From NCBI GenBank assembly GCA_963665095.1, contig OY762069.1, forward strand, positions 1,344,001 to 1,408,000: a stretch of DNA of 64,000 nucleotides, read 5' to 3'. Below, piece after piece: positions 8,887 to 19,439 of this stretch. Position 1 is the stretch's first letter, and every line of letters begins with the position of its first letter. The DNA comes from an uncultured Desulfobacter sp. GTDB taxonomy: Bacteria > Desulfobacterota > Desulfobacteria > Desulfobacterales > Desulfobacteraceae. Both the position numbers and the translations under genes were made by a program. Below the pieces are notes generated by a model. That model saw only the letters and a list, made by a program, of their open reading frames with translations. It was not told where the DNA came from and did not search any database.

Positions 8887-9711
8887 ATGACTGCAAAATT
8901 TGAGATCAGTTTATTGTGTGAGGACCAGGTGGTAATGGGGTTCAAAGACCGGATTTTCAAAGGGGTACATGGCCTATCCCTGTTTATCCGGGCTGAACAG
9001 AACATTTTGTTTGATGCCGGTCCTTCGGATGTGTTTCTTGATAATGCCGGTTTGATGGACTTAAACCTTAACGATCTGGACTGGATCGCTTTAAGCCACG
9101 GCCACTGGGACCATGCCGACGGCCTTGCTTTTTTGGCCAGTCGCCTCAAAAAAACAAAACTGATTGCCCACCCTGCCGTATTTTCGGACCGGCATAAACC
9201 CACCGGAGAATTCAACGGCATGTCTCTGTCACGAGAAGACCTTGAGGCCTCTTTTGACCTGGAACTGTCCCAAGGCCCTAAACAGTTGACGCCCAGCGTC
9301 TGGTTTCTGGGTCAGATCCCCCGGGCCAATGATTTTGAGTCTGTTTCCACACCGTTTTATAAAATAGAACAGGGGGAAAAATTACCGGAATTTCTTGAAG
9401 ACGATACGGCCTTAGCCATCACAACCGGCCAGGGAATCGTGGTCATTGCAGGATGCGCCCATGCCGGAATTTGCAATATCTGCGACCATGCCAAATCCGT
9501 CACTGGCCAGGACCGGATCCATATGGTCATGGGTGGATTTCATCTGCTTTCAGCCGGGGAGCAACTGGACCGGACCGTTGAATATTTCAAGGCCCATCCC
9601 GTGGACCGCCTGCTGCCCATGCACTGTACAGGCTTTGAGGCCCTGTGCCGGTTTCACCGTGAGCTGAACGCTGAAAAAGCAGCCACAGGCCAGACCATAT
9701 GTGTTGGATAG
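8887..9711 (+). CDS. MBL-fold metallo-hydrolase
   Basis: HGLS, LFDAG, SHGHWDH, GCAHAG, GGFHL and PMHCTG. Confidence 0.88.
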   Translation: MTAKFEISLLCEDQVVMGFKDRIFKGVHGLSLFIRAEQNILFDAGPSDVFLDNAGLMDLNLNDLDWIALSHGHWDHADGLAFLASRLKKTKLIAHPAVFSDRHKPTGEFNGMSLSREDLEASFDLELSQGPKQLTPSVWFLGQIPRANDFESVSTPFYKIEQGEKLPEFLEDDTALAITTGQGIVVIAGCAHAGICNICDHAKSVTGQDRIHMVMGGFHLLSAGEQLDRTVEYFKAHPVDRLLPMHCTGFEALCRFHRELNAEKAATGQTICVG

Positions 9712-10129
9712 ACAAACAGCGGCACAAAAATCCTGGCTGGTGGGGATACCCCGGATAGTTTCGTGATGGGGGAGATGATGGATGGGATATTGGAACGCGT
9801 TAAGCCGGATTTGAATGCCGCTTTCTTATGAAATGAAGCAATAAAACATGTAATAGAATACCCGACACTGTGATGAGATTGTTATGCGTCGATAGAATAT
9901 TATACATTTATAAATTTCATGTTTTATTTTAGTCAGTTATATAACCACATGTCGCTTAATGAATAAATTCTTATTCAATATTTTCTATTTTTTCATCCCT
10001 CCTTTTTACAAAACCCTGCATTAACAGACCTGAAATGGGTCATGTATAAACGCTTGACTTATTTTAACCACTTAAATTTACAACTTATCTTAACTTCATA
10101 AAAAGGATTCCCCCCTCTTTCCGCTCTTT

Positions 10130-10145
10130 TGGCAAGCTATTTGCT
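10130..10145 (+). promoter_or_regulatory. Sigma54 (-24/-12) promoter of the beta-oxidation/TRAP operon
   Basis: TGGCAA-GCTAT-TTGCT with exact GG-N10-GC spacing, ~85 nt before ATG 10231, after a long AT-rich intergenic region. Confidence 0.8.
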
Positions 10146-10230
10146 CAATTGTCTTTTCAATGAATTTTTAAAAAATTTAACAGCGCGCATTGGTTAGTCA
10201 ACCCGATGTTGAAAAGGATAATGCAAAGAT

Positions 10231-12018
10231 ATGAGCCATTTTAAAGTAAATCAGAAAGATATTTTTTTTATTCTCAAGGAGCAGTTGAATTACGCCACGC
10301 TGTGTGACCTGGAAAAGTACAGTGACCTCAATGAAAAAACGTTGGATTTAATGGTGACAGAGGCATTGAGTTTTGCCAAAGGCGTTCTCTCCCCCTTGAA
10401 TGAGATCGGTGAAGCGTGGGGTGTGGGATTTGAAAACGGCATAGTGACCAATCCCCCGGAATTTAAGAAGGCATTCAAACAATACGGTGAAGACGGATGG
10501 ACCGCTGCAGCCAGAAGTCCGGAATTCGGAGGGCAGGGTTTTCCCTCAATGATGCGGATTATCGTCAATGACCTGATGTACGGTGCCTGCCAGTCCTTTA
10601 ACATGGCCCCAAGCCTGACCCACGGGGCTGCCCATCTCATTGAAACCTTTGGCACGGATGAATTAAAAAAACGTTTTGTTCCCAACATGTACAACGGGAC
10701 CTGGGCCGGCACCATGTGTCTGACAGAGGCTGATGCCGGTTCAAACCTGGCCGCTCTGACCACCACAGCGGTCAAGGAGGGGGATCATTATAAAATCAGC
10801 GGCACCAAAATATTTATCTCCTGGGGGGACCATGATCTCACCGAAAATATTGTCCATCTGGTTTTAGCCAGAATTCAGGGCGCCCCTGAAGGGGTCAAAG
10901 GCATCTCCCTTTTTGTGGTGCCGAAATTCCGCGTGAACGAGGATGGTTCCATAGGCCAGGCCAATGATGTCCGTTGCGGGAACGTGGAAAAAAAGCTCGG
11001 GCTCCATGCCTCTCCCACGGCTGTACTTAATTTTGGTTCTGATAATGAATGTATCGGGTATCTTTGCGGAAAAGAAAACTTTGGTCTTGCCCACATGTTC
11101 CAGATGATGAACCAGGCAAGGATCAATACCGGGGTATCCGGCATGACCTTGGCATCCACGGCCTATCAAAATGCTTTGGAATATACCAAATCAAGGGTCC
11201 AGGGCCGGGACCTTGCCCGCCGCACTGAAGGCGATACCACCATCATTGAGCATCCGGATATCCGGCGCAATCTGCTCTGGATGAAGGCGGCTGTGGACGG
11301 TATGCGCTCCATGATCTATACTGCGGCATTCCGGGCAGACCTTGCATCCCAGTTGCCCCGGGGCGATGAAAAAGACCACCACTCTTATCTTGTTGATTTT
11401 CTGACGCCCATTATCAAAGCCCATTGCTCGGATCTTGGATTCAGGGTCTGTGAAACAGCTATGCAGTGTCTTGGCGGCTATGGATTCTGCAAGGATTTCC
11501 CCCTGGAGCAGTACCTCAGGGATGCTAAAATTATGTCTTTATACGAGGGGACCAACGGCATCCAGGCCATGGATCTGCTTGGCCGCAAAATGCAGATCGA
11601 GGATGGGGCGCCCTTTAAGGCATTCCAGAATGAGATTGACACCTTTTGCACCATACATCAGGACCACCCGGGCCTCAAGAGCCAGGTTTCGACGTTAAAG
11701 GCCGCAGCTGACAAGCTGTGGGAAACCGCTGAGATGCTCAAACAAAGAAGGGAGGAAGATCCCCTGCACTGGGCATCCTACACCTACCCTGCCCTCACCG
11801 CCTTTGCCGATATTGCCATGATCTGGTCTCTTTTGACCATGGCCACAGTGGCCTGGCCCGCTGCTGAAAAGAAAGGCAAGAAAAACGATTTTTACAGGGC
11901 CAAGGTTCTCCAGGCCACCTATTATACAGATATTACGCTGCCCCACACGCTGGCTACCTTAAATACCTGTTTCCGCCAGGGCAGGGAAATTCTGGATATG
12001 CCGAATCATTCATTCTGA
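10231..12018 (+). CDS. Acyl-CoA dehydrogenase, long (~600 aa) type
   Basis: MCLTEADAGS, GTKIFIS, QCLGGYG and catalytic YEGTNGIQ. Confidence 0.93.
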   Translation: MSHFKVNQKDIFFILKEQLNYATLCDLEKYSDLNEKTLDLMVTEALSFAKGVLSPLNEIGEAWGVGFENGIVTNPPEFKKAFKQYGEDGWTAAARSPEFGGQGFPSMMRIIVNDLMYGACQSFNMAPSLTHGAAHLIETFGTDELKKRFVPNMYNGTWAGTMCLTEADAGSNLAALTTTAVKEGDHYKISGTKIFISWGDHDLTENIVHLVLARIQGAPEGVKGISLFVVPKFRVNEDGSIGQANDVRCGNVEKKLGLHASPTAVLNFGSDNECIGYLCGKENFGLAHMFQMMNQARINTGVSGMTLASTAYQNALEYTKSRVQGRDLARRTEGDTTIIEHPDIRRNLLWMKAAVDGMRSMIYTAAFRADLASQLPRGDEKDHHSYLVDFLTPIIKAHCSDLGFRVCETAMQCLGGYGFCKDFPLEQYLRDAKIMSLYEGTNGIQAMDLLGRKMQIEDGAPFKAFQNEIDTFCTIHQDHPGLKSQVSTLKAAADKLWETAEMLKQRREEDPLHWASYTYPALTAFADIAMIWSLLTMATVAWPAAEKKGKKNDFYRAKVLQATYYTDITLPHTLATLNTCFRQGREILDMPNHSF

Positions 12019-12105
12019 TTCAGTGCCGTATCTTTAATAAGGCGGCAACCGGATATCAGCAAGTGTGGCAGTTAAACCAATGAGACAGCATGGAGAAGAT
12101 ACACC

Positions 12106-13293
12106 ATGGAATTCAAAGATAACGATGTATTGGTAATGGATGCCGTTCGAACGGCTTTTGGCCGGGCCGGTGAAAAAGGAATTTTCTGGAAAACACGGGC
12201 GGAAGATCTCAGCGTCGCGGTATTAAAAGGGCTCATGGAGAGAAACCCCTCACTTTCTCCTGCCCAGGTGGAGGATGTGATCTGGGGGGCCACCAATCAG
12301 ATCGCCGAACAGGGCGGCACCATTGGCCGGATGATATCCATGCTGGCTGACTGGGGCTGGGAGGTGCCGGGCTGCTCCATAGACCGGATGTGTGCAGGGG
12401 GCCTGACGGCAGTTGGGTTTGGTGTCTCCTACATTGCCAGCGGCATGGCCGATTGCCTGGTGGCCGGCGGCGTGGAGCACATGGGCCATCTGCCCATGGG
12501 GTATATGCGTGACTCCCATCCCAGGGCCGAAGCGGTCATGGGAGATGCCTCCGCATTTAACATGGGCATGACCGCCGAAAATATCCACGATCTTTGTCCG
12601 GAACTGACCAAAGAGATGACGGACGCCTATGCAGTGACCTGCCAGGAAAAAGCACATCAGGCCATGGCATCAGGGAAAATGACTGACATGATCATCCCTT
12701 TGGACGTGGAACTTAACGACGGCACAAAAATCACGGCTGACACAGACCAGCACCCAAGACCCGGGACCTCTCTGGAGAGCCTTGCAGCCTTAAAAACCCC
12801 GTTCAGGGAAAACGGCCGTGTCACTGCGGGCAATGCATCCGGCCTCAATGACGGGGCAGCTGCCGTGCTTCTCATGAACAGCAAAAAGGCAAAAGAGCTT
12901 GACATGGCCCCGGCCATGCGCTGGGTATCCACGGCCGTGGCCGGGGTGGATCCCAAAATTATGGGAACCGCGCCTGTTCCGGCCGTTCTCAAGGCCCTGG
13001 ACAAGGCCGGCCTCACCATGGACGACATGGACATTATTGAACTCAACGAAGCATTTGCTGTCCAGGCTATGCACAATCTGACCCGCTTAGGCCTTGAACC
13101 GGACGACGCAAGGGTCAATATCTGGGGCGGTGCCATTGCATTCGGCCATCCGCTGGCCTCTTCCGGACCAAGGCTCATTGCCTTTATGAGAGGCCTGTTC
13201 AGGGAAAACCCCGATGCCAGGTACGGACTGACCGCCATGTGCGTGGGCCGGGGACAGGGGTATGCCATGATCTGGGAAAACTTAAGGCAATAG
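12106..13293 (+). CDS. Thiolase (acetyl-CoA C-acyltransferase)
   Basis: RMCAGG, TAGNASGLNDGA, NEAFA, GHPL and MCVGRG. Confidence 0.95.
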   Translation: MEFKDNDVLVMDAVRTAFGRAGEKGIFWKTRAEDLSVAVLKGLMERNPSLSPAQVEDVIWGATNQIAEQGGTIGRMISMLADWGWEVPGCSIDRMCAGGLTAVGFGVSYIASGMADCLVAGGVEHMGHLPMGYMRDSHPRAEAVMGDASAFNMGMTAENIHDLCPELTKEMTDAYAVTCQEKAHQAMASGKMTDMIIPLDVELNDGTKITADTDQHPRPGTSLESLAALKTPFRENGRVTAGNASGLNDGAAAVLLMNSKKAKELDMAPAMRWVSTAVAGVDPKIMGTAPVPAVLKALDKAGLTMDDMDIIELNEAFAVQAMHNLTRLGLEPDDARVNIWGGAIAFGHPLASSGPRLIAFMRGLFRENPDARYGLTAMCVGRGQGYAMIWENLRQ

Positions 13294-13311
13294 TTAATAA
13301 AGGGAATTCAC

Positions 13312-14460
13312 ATGTCTCATACGCAAGCGTTTGAAACCTTTCGGTCCAAAATCCGCGACTTTGTGGAAAACGAGCTGGAACCGTGCTCCCTGGACATTGA
13401 ACTTAACGAAAAAATTCCGGACGAGCTGGTTGAGCGCATGCGCAGCCTTGGCCTGTTCGGGCTATCCATCCCCAAAGAATACGAAGGCTTAGGGCTGACC
13501 ACCCTTGAAGAGGTTATTATCTACGAAGAGATGACAAGAACCAATGCCTGCCATCGCTCCCGCATCGGCACCAGCAACGGGATCGGCTCCATGGGCATTC
13601 TCTATGACGGCACACCGGAACAGAAAACCACCTATCTGCCCGGCATTGCAAAGGGCAAATGGACCACAGCCTTCGCCCTTACCGAGGCAGATGCCGGATC
13701 AGATGCCGCCAATATCAGCACCAGTGCCGTACTGGAAGGGGACCATTTTGTTCTCAACGGGGCAAAACTGTTTATCACCAACGCGGGAGACGCGGATCTG
13801 TTTACGGTGCTCGCGGTTACCGATGCTGAAAAAAAGGCCAGGGGCGGGGTTACCGCCTTTATTGTGGAAAAGGAGCGGCAAGGGCTTCATATAGGGCCGG
13901 CTGACGTAAAAATGGGGCTTAAAGGTTCCCATACCCACGAAGTAGTTTTCAAAGAGTGCCGGGTACCTGTCGACAATGTCATTGGCGGCATGGAGATGGT
14001 GGGCCAGGGGTTTAAAACCGCCATGCGGGTCCTGGACAAAGGCAGACTTTCCATGGGGGCCTGTGCCCTGGGTGCCTCCCAGAAACTTCTGGAAATCTGC
14101 CTTACCCATTTTCAGCAGGACGGGGTCAAGGCCCCTGACCAGGCAATTCAGTTTGACCTGGCAGACATCGCCATCCGGGTGTATGCGGCAAGACAGATGC
14201 TTTATAAAGCCGCATCCACCCGGGATGAGGGCGGCAGCGTCACCACCCAGGCATCAATGGTCAAGGTCTTTTGTACTGAAACGGCAAGTTTTGCGGCAGA
14301 ACGGGCCATGGAGATGTTTGCCCTGGCCGGCGGCATGACAGACCAGCGCCTGGAGATGTTTTTCCGGGATGTCAGGTTGTACCGGATCTATGAAGGCACC
14401 AGCGAAATTCAGAGAAAAATCATTGCCAGAAATCTTATGAAACAGGGATTTCCCTGTTAG
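13312..14460 (+). CDS. Acyl-CoA dehydrogenase (putative catalytic subunit of a heteromeric pair)
   Basis: ALTEADAGSD, GAKLFIT and IYEGTSEIQ present; RxQFG and QxxGGxG absent. Confidence 0.9.
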   Translation: MSHTQAFETFRSKIRDFVENELEPCSLDIELNEKIPDELVERMRSLGLFGLSIPKEYEGLGLTTLEEVIIYEEMTRTNACHRSRIGTSNGIGSMGILYDGTPEQKTTYLPGIAKGKWTTAFALTEADAGSDAANISTSAVLEGDHFVLNGAKLFITNAGDADLFTVLAVTDAEKKARGGVTAFIVEKERQGLHIGPADVKMGLKGSHTHEVVFKECRVPVDNVIGGMEMVGQGFKTAMRVLDKGRLSMGACALGASQKLLEICLTHFQQDGVKAPDQAIQFDLADIAIRVYAARQMLYKAASTRDEGGSVTTQASMVKVFCTETASFAAERAMEMFALAGGMTDQRLEMFFRDVRLYRIYEGTSEIQRKIIARNLMKQGFPC

Positions 14461-14495
14461 CAATAAGGGATGTGTTTTGCCTTGGGAGAAAAATT

Positions 14496-15623
14496 GTGAC
14501 ATTTGAACTGACAAAAGAACAGAAACAGATTCAGAAGGCAGCCCGGGATTTTGTTAAAGGGGAATTTAAAAAAGAGGCGATTGACGCCCTTTTGGACAGC
14601 CACGAATTTCCCGGAAAAATTTTGTTAAAAGCCGCCGACCTCGGATTCCTGGGGATTCATATCCCCGAAGCCTTTGACGGGGAAGGATTAGGTTACCAGG
14701 AAAAAATCGTCATCGCCGAAGAGCTGGCAAAAGGGCATTCCACCCTTGGCTGCTGCCTTTCCCTTTCCGGATACAGGGCGGACATCCTGCTTCTATACGG
14801 CAGTGATGCCCAGAAAAAAAACTGGCTGCCCAACCTTGCAGGCGGTGAAATTCTTTGTGCGTCGGGTCTGGAAGACCGGGAAACCCTTTTAACCGCATGC
14901 AAAGATAAAAAGGGATGGGTGATCACCGGCACCATCCCCCTTGCTGTCAACGGTGGTAATCCCGCTGGGTTCTATATTATTCCCTGCCAGACATCCGATA
15001 CCGCATCACCCGCCATAGAAGAGCAGGCATGGAGCCTTTTTCTGGTAAATGCGAACCTGCCCGGTATCATAGTTCAAGAATCTGGAAAACGTCTGGGGCA
15101 GTCCATGCTTCCTTTGGTCCGGATTGAATTCAAAAATGTCCTTGTCCCGGATGACAGCCTTCTTGGCGGGGAGAGCAAGGGCGAAGCCCTGCTCAGGGCG
15201 GCCGGGGCCGCAGACTCCCTGACCCTGGCTGCCCTGGCTGTAGGAGTTGCCCAGGGGGCCTTTGACCGGGCATTGGACCATGCCAGGCAGCGGCAGCAGT
15301 TTGGAAAAAAACTGATCCAGTTCCAGATCACCCGGCACAAGCTGGCACTCATGGCCACCCGGATTGAGATGGCACGGCTTATGACCCGCAAGGCAGCCGC
15401 AGCCCTTGATAAAGGCAGGGAACAGATCCGCACCTGTGCCATGGCAAAGCTTTCTGCCTGCCGGACCGCGGTTGAGGTATGTGACGAGGCACTCCAGCTG
15501 TTTGGCGGCTACGGGTATATCCAGGAGTATGAGATTGAGGCCTATTACCGGGACGCCAAAATGCTGGAACTCTTTTCAGGTGGCCCCCATGCCCTGAAAG
15601 ACACCATTGCAGACAACCTGTGA
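14496..15623 (+). CDS. Acyl-CoA dehydrogenase-like protein lacking the C-terminal catalytic Glu (putative partner subunit)
   Basis: GTG 14496 after GGAG; retains RQQFGKKL and [12 protein letters not shown] replaces YEGT. Confidence 0.85.
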   Translation: MTFELTKEQKQIQKAARDFVKGEFKKEAIDALLDSHEFPGKILLKAADLGFLGIHIPEAFDGEGLGYQEKIVIAEELAKGHSTLGCCLSLSGYRADILLLYGSDAQKKNWLPNLAGGEILCASGLEDRETLLTACKDKKGWVITGTIPLAVNGGNPAGFYIIPCQTSDTASPAIEEQAWSLFLVNANLPGIIVQESGKRLGQSMLPLVRIEFKNVLVPDDSLLGGESKGEALLRAAGAADSLTLAALAVGVAQGAFDRALDHARQRQQFGKKLIQFQITRHKLALMATRIEMARLMTRKAAAALDKGREQIRTCAMAKLSACRTAVEVCDEALQLFGGYGYIQEYEIEAYYRDAKMLELFSGGPHALKDTIADNL

Positions 15624-15649
15624 AGTACTTTTTAAGAAAGGGATTCCCC

Positions 15650-16420
15650 ATGACTCACGAAAATATTGACTATCAGGTCAAGGACTACATCGGCACCATT
15701 ACCATCAACCACCCGCCTGCCAATACGTGGAATCTTGCGACTATGACGGAGTTTGAAGAAGTTCTCGGCAAGGCGGAAGCAGACCCGGATATCCGGGTGC
15801 TTGTCATCACCGGAACCGGAGACAAATGCTTTTCAGCCGGATTTGACGTCAGTGATGCCGCCAATGCCGACATTACCAGCCCCAAAGGCAGAGAGACCTG
15901 GCGCAGGTTGGACAGAATGGCAAAACCCACCATTGCCGCCATCAACGGTCATGCCCTGGGCGGCGGCCTGGAGCTTGCCCTGTGCTGCCATTTCAGAATC
16001 GCTGTGGACAATCCCAAGATCAAACTGGGACTTACGGAACTCAACCTGGGCATTATCCCGGGATGGGGCGGCACCCAGCGTCTCTCCCGCCTGGTGGGAC
16101 GGGCAACAGCCCTGGACATGATTCTGTTCAGCAGGGTTATGGATCCCAAATCAGCACTAAGCCTAAACCTCGTAGACCGGCTGGCACCGGTGGGCGGCCT
16201 GATGGAGACAGTAGATGAATTTGCTCAGAAACTTGCCAGCCGTCCCCCCATTGCAGTTGGCTGTGTTCTGGAGGCCTTCAGCACAGGCCTTTATGAGGGA
16301 CTGGATCCCGGGCTTGAAAAAGAAAGTCAGGGCAGCGCCACTGTCCGGGTATCTGAGGACAGAAGCGAGGGATTCAAGGCGTTTCTGGAAAAACGCCCAC
16401 CTGTTTTCAAGGGAAAGTAA
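15650..16420 (+). CDS. Enoyl-CoA hydratase/isomerase (crotonase family)
   Basis: [16 protein letters not shown] and [17 protein letters not shown]; both catalytic Glu present. Confidence 0.93.
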   Translation: MTHENIDYQVKDYIGTITINHPPANTWNLATMTEFEEVLGKAEADPDIRVLVITGTGDKCFSAGFDVSDAANADITSPKGRETWRRLDRMAKPTIAAINGHALGGGLELALCCHFRIAVDNPKIKLGLTELNLGIIPGWGGTQRLSRLVGRATALDMILFSRVMDPKSALSLNLVDRLAPVGGLMETVDEFAQKLASRPPIAVGCVLEAFSTGLYEGLDPGLEKESQGSATVRVSEDRSEGFKAFLEKRPPVFKGK

Positions 16421-16462
16421 ACCACATCCGGACAGATCTTTTTGCAAAAGGAGCCGATCAAC

Positions 16463-17851
16463 ATGGGCAACTCGTTCATGCAGGACTATGAATCAAAATT
16501 TATTTCCGCAAAACAGGCCGCCGGAATGGTTCAGTCCGGGCAGACCATCCACCTTGGCGGATCTGCCAACGGGGCCGTTATCATTGGAAAATATCTGGCC
16601 CAGCGGGTGAATGAACTGACAGATGTATCCGTGAAAACCTTTCTTGATACCGCGAGTCACGACTTCTGCAAAGTTGACCCGGAGGGAAAAACATTTAACT
16701 GGTCATCGGGATTTCTGCTCGGTCATGTCAGGCCTTTCTCCAAAGAAAGAGGGGTGGGCGTTTATATTCCTGAAAGCTGGCACATGGCCCCTCAGGTTTA
16801 CCGCACCACGCTTCATTTTGATTATTTCTTTGTTGTGACAGCCCCCATGGACAGCAAGGGTTTTTTTAACTTCGGGCTGACCTCAGGTCATCATCGTTCC
16901 ATTGCTGATGTGGCTGACAAGGTGGTGGTAATCGAACGTGATGACATGCCGGTGATCTACGGCGGGTATGAAGAGGGGCTGTTTCTGGATGAAGTGGATT
17001 ATGTAACAAAAGACGATGAGTTTGACACCTTTTGTCTGCCCCCTATTCAGTCCAGGCCCGAAGATAAGATGATTGCCGAAAACATCATTGAGGCTGGCCT
17101 GATAAAAGAGGGATCCACCCTGCAGATCGGCATCGGCGGTCTGCCCAATGCAGTCCTGGACTCCATTGCCCAGTCCGGGATTAAGGAGTGCGGGCTGCAT
17201 ACGGAGATGCTCACTTCCAAGATGGTGGATCTCATTGAAAACGGGGTGGTGACCAACAGCCGGAAACATCTGGACCGGTTAAAAACGGTTTTTACCTTCT
17301 GTCTTGGAGACCGGGCCCTTTACGACTATGCCGACCGCCACCCTGGCTTTGCCATGTATCCCGTGAATTACACCAACGATCCCATGATCATCGCCCAACA
17401 GCCAGACATGTTTTCCTTAAACAGCACCATCAGTGTGGACCTGACCGGACAGGCTGCTTCAGAGCAGGTGGCGTGGGAAGGCCGGGCCAGACAGATCAGC
17501 GGGACCGGCGGGCAGCTTGATTTTGTTATGGGGACCTTGATGGCCAGAGACAGGAAGGGGATTTCCGTGCTCTCTTTGTATTCCAGATATAAAGATGTCT
17601 CAAGGATTGTTCCCCTGCTGGACCAGGGAGCTACAGTCACAGTACCGAGATCAATCACCCATTATATTGCCACAGAATGGGGGGTGGTCAATGTCCGGGG
17701 CCTGACCAACAGCGAGCGTGCCAGTGCCCTGATTTCCATTGCCCATCCCGATTTCCGGGAAGATCTGACCCGGCAGGCCTTTGATATGGGGCTGATTTCC
17801 TACGCCCAGACGGTCAAAAAGAAACAAGGCGTTATATTTACCAGGCAATAA
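16463..17851 (+). CDS. Acetyl-CoA hydrolase/transferase family CoA-transferase (4-hydroxybutyrate/butyryl-CoA type)
   Basis: TLQIGIGGLPNA, HTEM, SGTGGQLDF and IAHPDFRE. Confidence 0.9.
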   Translation: MGNSFMQDYESKFISAKQAAGMVQSGQTIHLGGSANGAVIIGKYLAQRVNELTDVSVKTFLDTASHDFCKVDPEGKTFNWSSGFLLGHVRPFSKERGVGVYIPESWHMAPQVYRTTLHFDYFFVVTAPMDSKGFFNFGLTSGHHRSIADVADKVVVIERDDMPVIYGGYEEGLFLDEVDYVTKDDEFDTFCLPPIQSRPEDKMIAENIIEAGLIKEGSTLQIGIGGLPNAVLDSIAQSGIKECGLHTEMLTSKMVDLIENGVVTNSRKHLDRLKTVFTFCLGDRALYDYADRHPGFAMYPVNYTNDPMIIAQQPDMFSLNSTISVDLTGQAASEQVAWEGRARQISGTGGQLDFVMGTLMARDRKGISVLSLYSRYKDVSRIVPLLDQGATVTVPRSITHYIATEWGVVNVRGLTNSERASALISIAHPDFREDLTRQAFDMGLISYAQTVKKKQGVIFTRQ

Positions 17852-17902
17852 CGAAAAGTTAGTGCCCATTGAGGAATATTTATCAACCAACGGAGGTATC
17901 GC

Positions 17903-18904
17903 ATGACTAAACGGACAGTACGGCTCATCGGCATTCTTGTTTCTCTAATTTTCCTTCTCCCCCAGGCAGGCCTGGCCAAAAGCAAAAAGATCACGATTCA
18001 GTGTGCCTATCCTGCCAACGCCTACGTAGGGCAGACAACGGAATTTTTCGCAGACCGGGTAAAGGAGCTGACCAGCGGTGAGGTCTCGGTCAAGGTATTC
18101 TGGCCAGGCCAGCTGGTTAAAACAAAAGAGGCCTTTGAATCTGTCAAGACCGGCATGATTGACGGATACTCCGGCAGCATGCTCTATTTCACCGGATTCG
18201 TACCCGAGGTCAACTGCGAATGGCTTCCCTTTGGGTGGGCATCCCCTGCGGAAGCGGCGGATGTGTATAAGGATCACGGATGGCTTGAGCTGATGCGGGA
18301 AGCCACGGCAAAACACGGGATTCGCTACGTGGCACCGGTTGCTGTGGCCTCCATGGGTCTGATCACCAAATTCCCCATTCACAAGGCAGATGATCTTAAA
18401 GGCAAAAAAATCCGGGCCATGGGCATGGAGGCAAAGATCATTGCGGCCTTAGGCGGCGCCACTGTGGCCGTTCCGGGTGCAGAGCAGTACATGGCCCTGA
18501 AACAGGGCATTGTAGATGGCACAGATTATCCCTGGTACACCATTGGAAAATACAAACTCTTTGAGGTGTGTGATTATATTTCAAGACCGGCCCTGCATAC
18601 CCCCGGTATTGTTGAAATCCTGATCAACAACGACACCTACCAGTCACTGACACCTGCCCAGCAGAAAGCCATTGACCAGGCCGGATGGGAAGCGTTCATG
18701 AGAACGGTTGAGATGAGTGACAAATGGGATGAGGACGCCTATGTCACCTGCAAAGAAAAAAATGTCCAGATTATAGACCTCACCCCTGAAGCCATTGCCG
18801 AGTTCAGAGAAAAGGTACAGCCGCTCTGGGACGAGATGGCGGCAAAAAGCGATATCTGCAGACGGCTGATTGAAAACTTAAGAGCGTACATGGCTAACAA
18901 ATAA
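17903..18904 (+). CDS. dctP: TRAP transporter substrate-binding protein DctP
   Basis: Signal peptide; DLKGKKIR and YMALKQGIVDG; followed by Q and M subunit genes. Confidence 0.9.
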   Translation: MTKRTVRLIGILVSLIFLLPQAGLAKSKKITIQCAYPANAYVGQTTEFFADRVKELTSGEVSVKVFWPGQLVKTKEAFESVKTGMIDGYSGSMLYFTGFVPEVNCEWLPFGWASPAEAADVYKDHGWLELMREATAKHGIRYVAPVAVASMGLITKFPIHKADDLKGKKIRAMGMEAKIIAALGGATVAVPGAEQYMALKQGIVDGTDYPWYTIGKYKLFEVCDYISRPALHTPGIVEILINNDTYQSLTPAQQKAIDQAGWEAFMRTVEMSDKWDEDAYVTCKEKNVQIIDLTPEAIAEFREKVQPLWDEMAAKSDICRRLIENLRAYMANK

Positions 18905-18907
18905 AAC

Positions 18908-19435
18908 ATGACAGGGGGAAGCAGCTTGAAACGCCTATGTGATTTCATTGACGGACTCAACACCTGGATTGGTAAGATTGCCAGTTTTCTGATCCTGATT
19001 CTTGTAGCCATTATCATGTTTGAGGTGGTCAGCCGCTATCTGTTCAACGCGCCCACCCAGTGGTCCAACGAACTGAGCGCCTACCTTCTGACCGCGCTTG
19101 TTATGCTGGGTGGCGCCTATTGTCTTGCGGATGAAGAGCATGTCCGGGTGGATATCGTGCACCGCAATTTCGGCCCGCGCGCCCAGGACCTTCTGGAGAT
19201 CTTCACCTGCCTTCTGGTGCTGACATTTGTCAGCGCCATTGTCTGGAAAGGTGGAGAGACCAGTTATGATGCACTGGTACATGACAGGCGGTCCATGACC
19301 ATCCTGGAGATGCCGCTTTTCCCCTCCATGGTGATGGTTCCCATCGGGGCGGCCCTTCTTGGCCTTCAGAGTATTTCCGGTGCCTTGAGAGCCTTCCTTC
19401 GCCTGACCGGTAATGACCAGAAAGGAGTGCATTGA
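18908..19435 (+). CDS. dctQ: TRAP transporter small permease DctQ
   Basis: EVVSRYLFNAPTQWSNEL, HVRVD and four TM segments. Confidence 0.9.
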   Translation: MTGGSSLKRLCDFIDGLNTWIGKIASFLILILVAIIMFEVVSRYLFNAPTQWSNELSAYLLTALVMLGGAYCLADEEHVRVDIVHRNFGPRAQDLLEIFTCLLVLTFVSAIVWKGGETSYDALVHDRRSMTILEMPLFPSMVMVPIGAALLGLQSISGALRAFLRLTGNDQKGVH

Positions 19436-19439
19436 TTCC

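Noticed and set aside
9727..9831. KILAGGDTPDS... fragment faintly resembling a receiver-domain start
   Set aside because: Too short and too degenerate to support a pseudogene call
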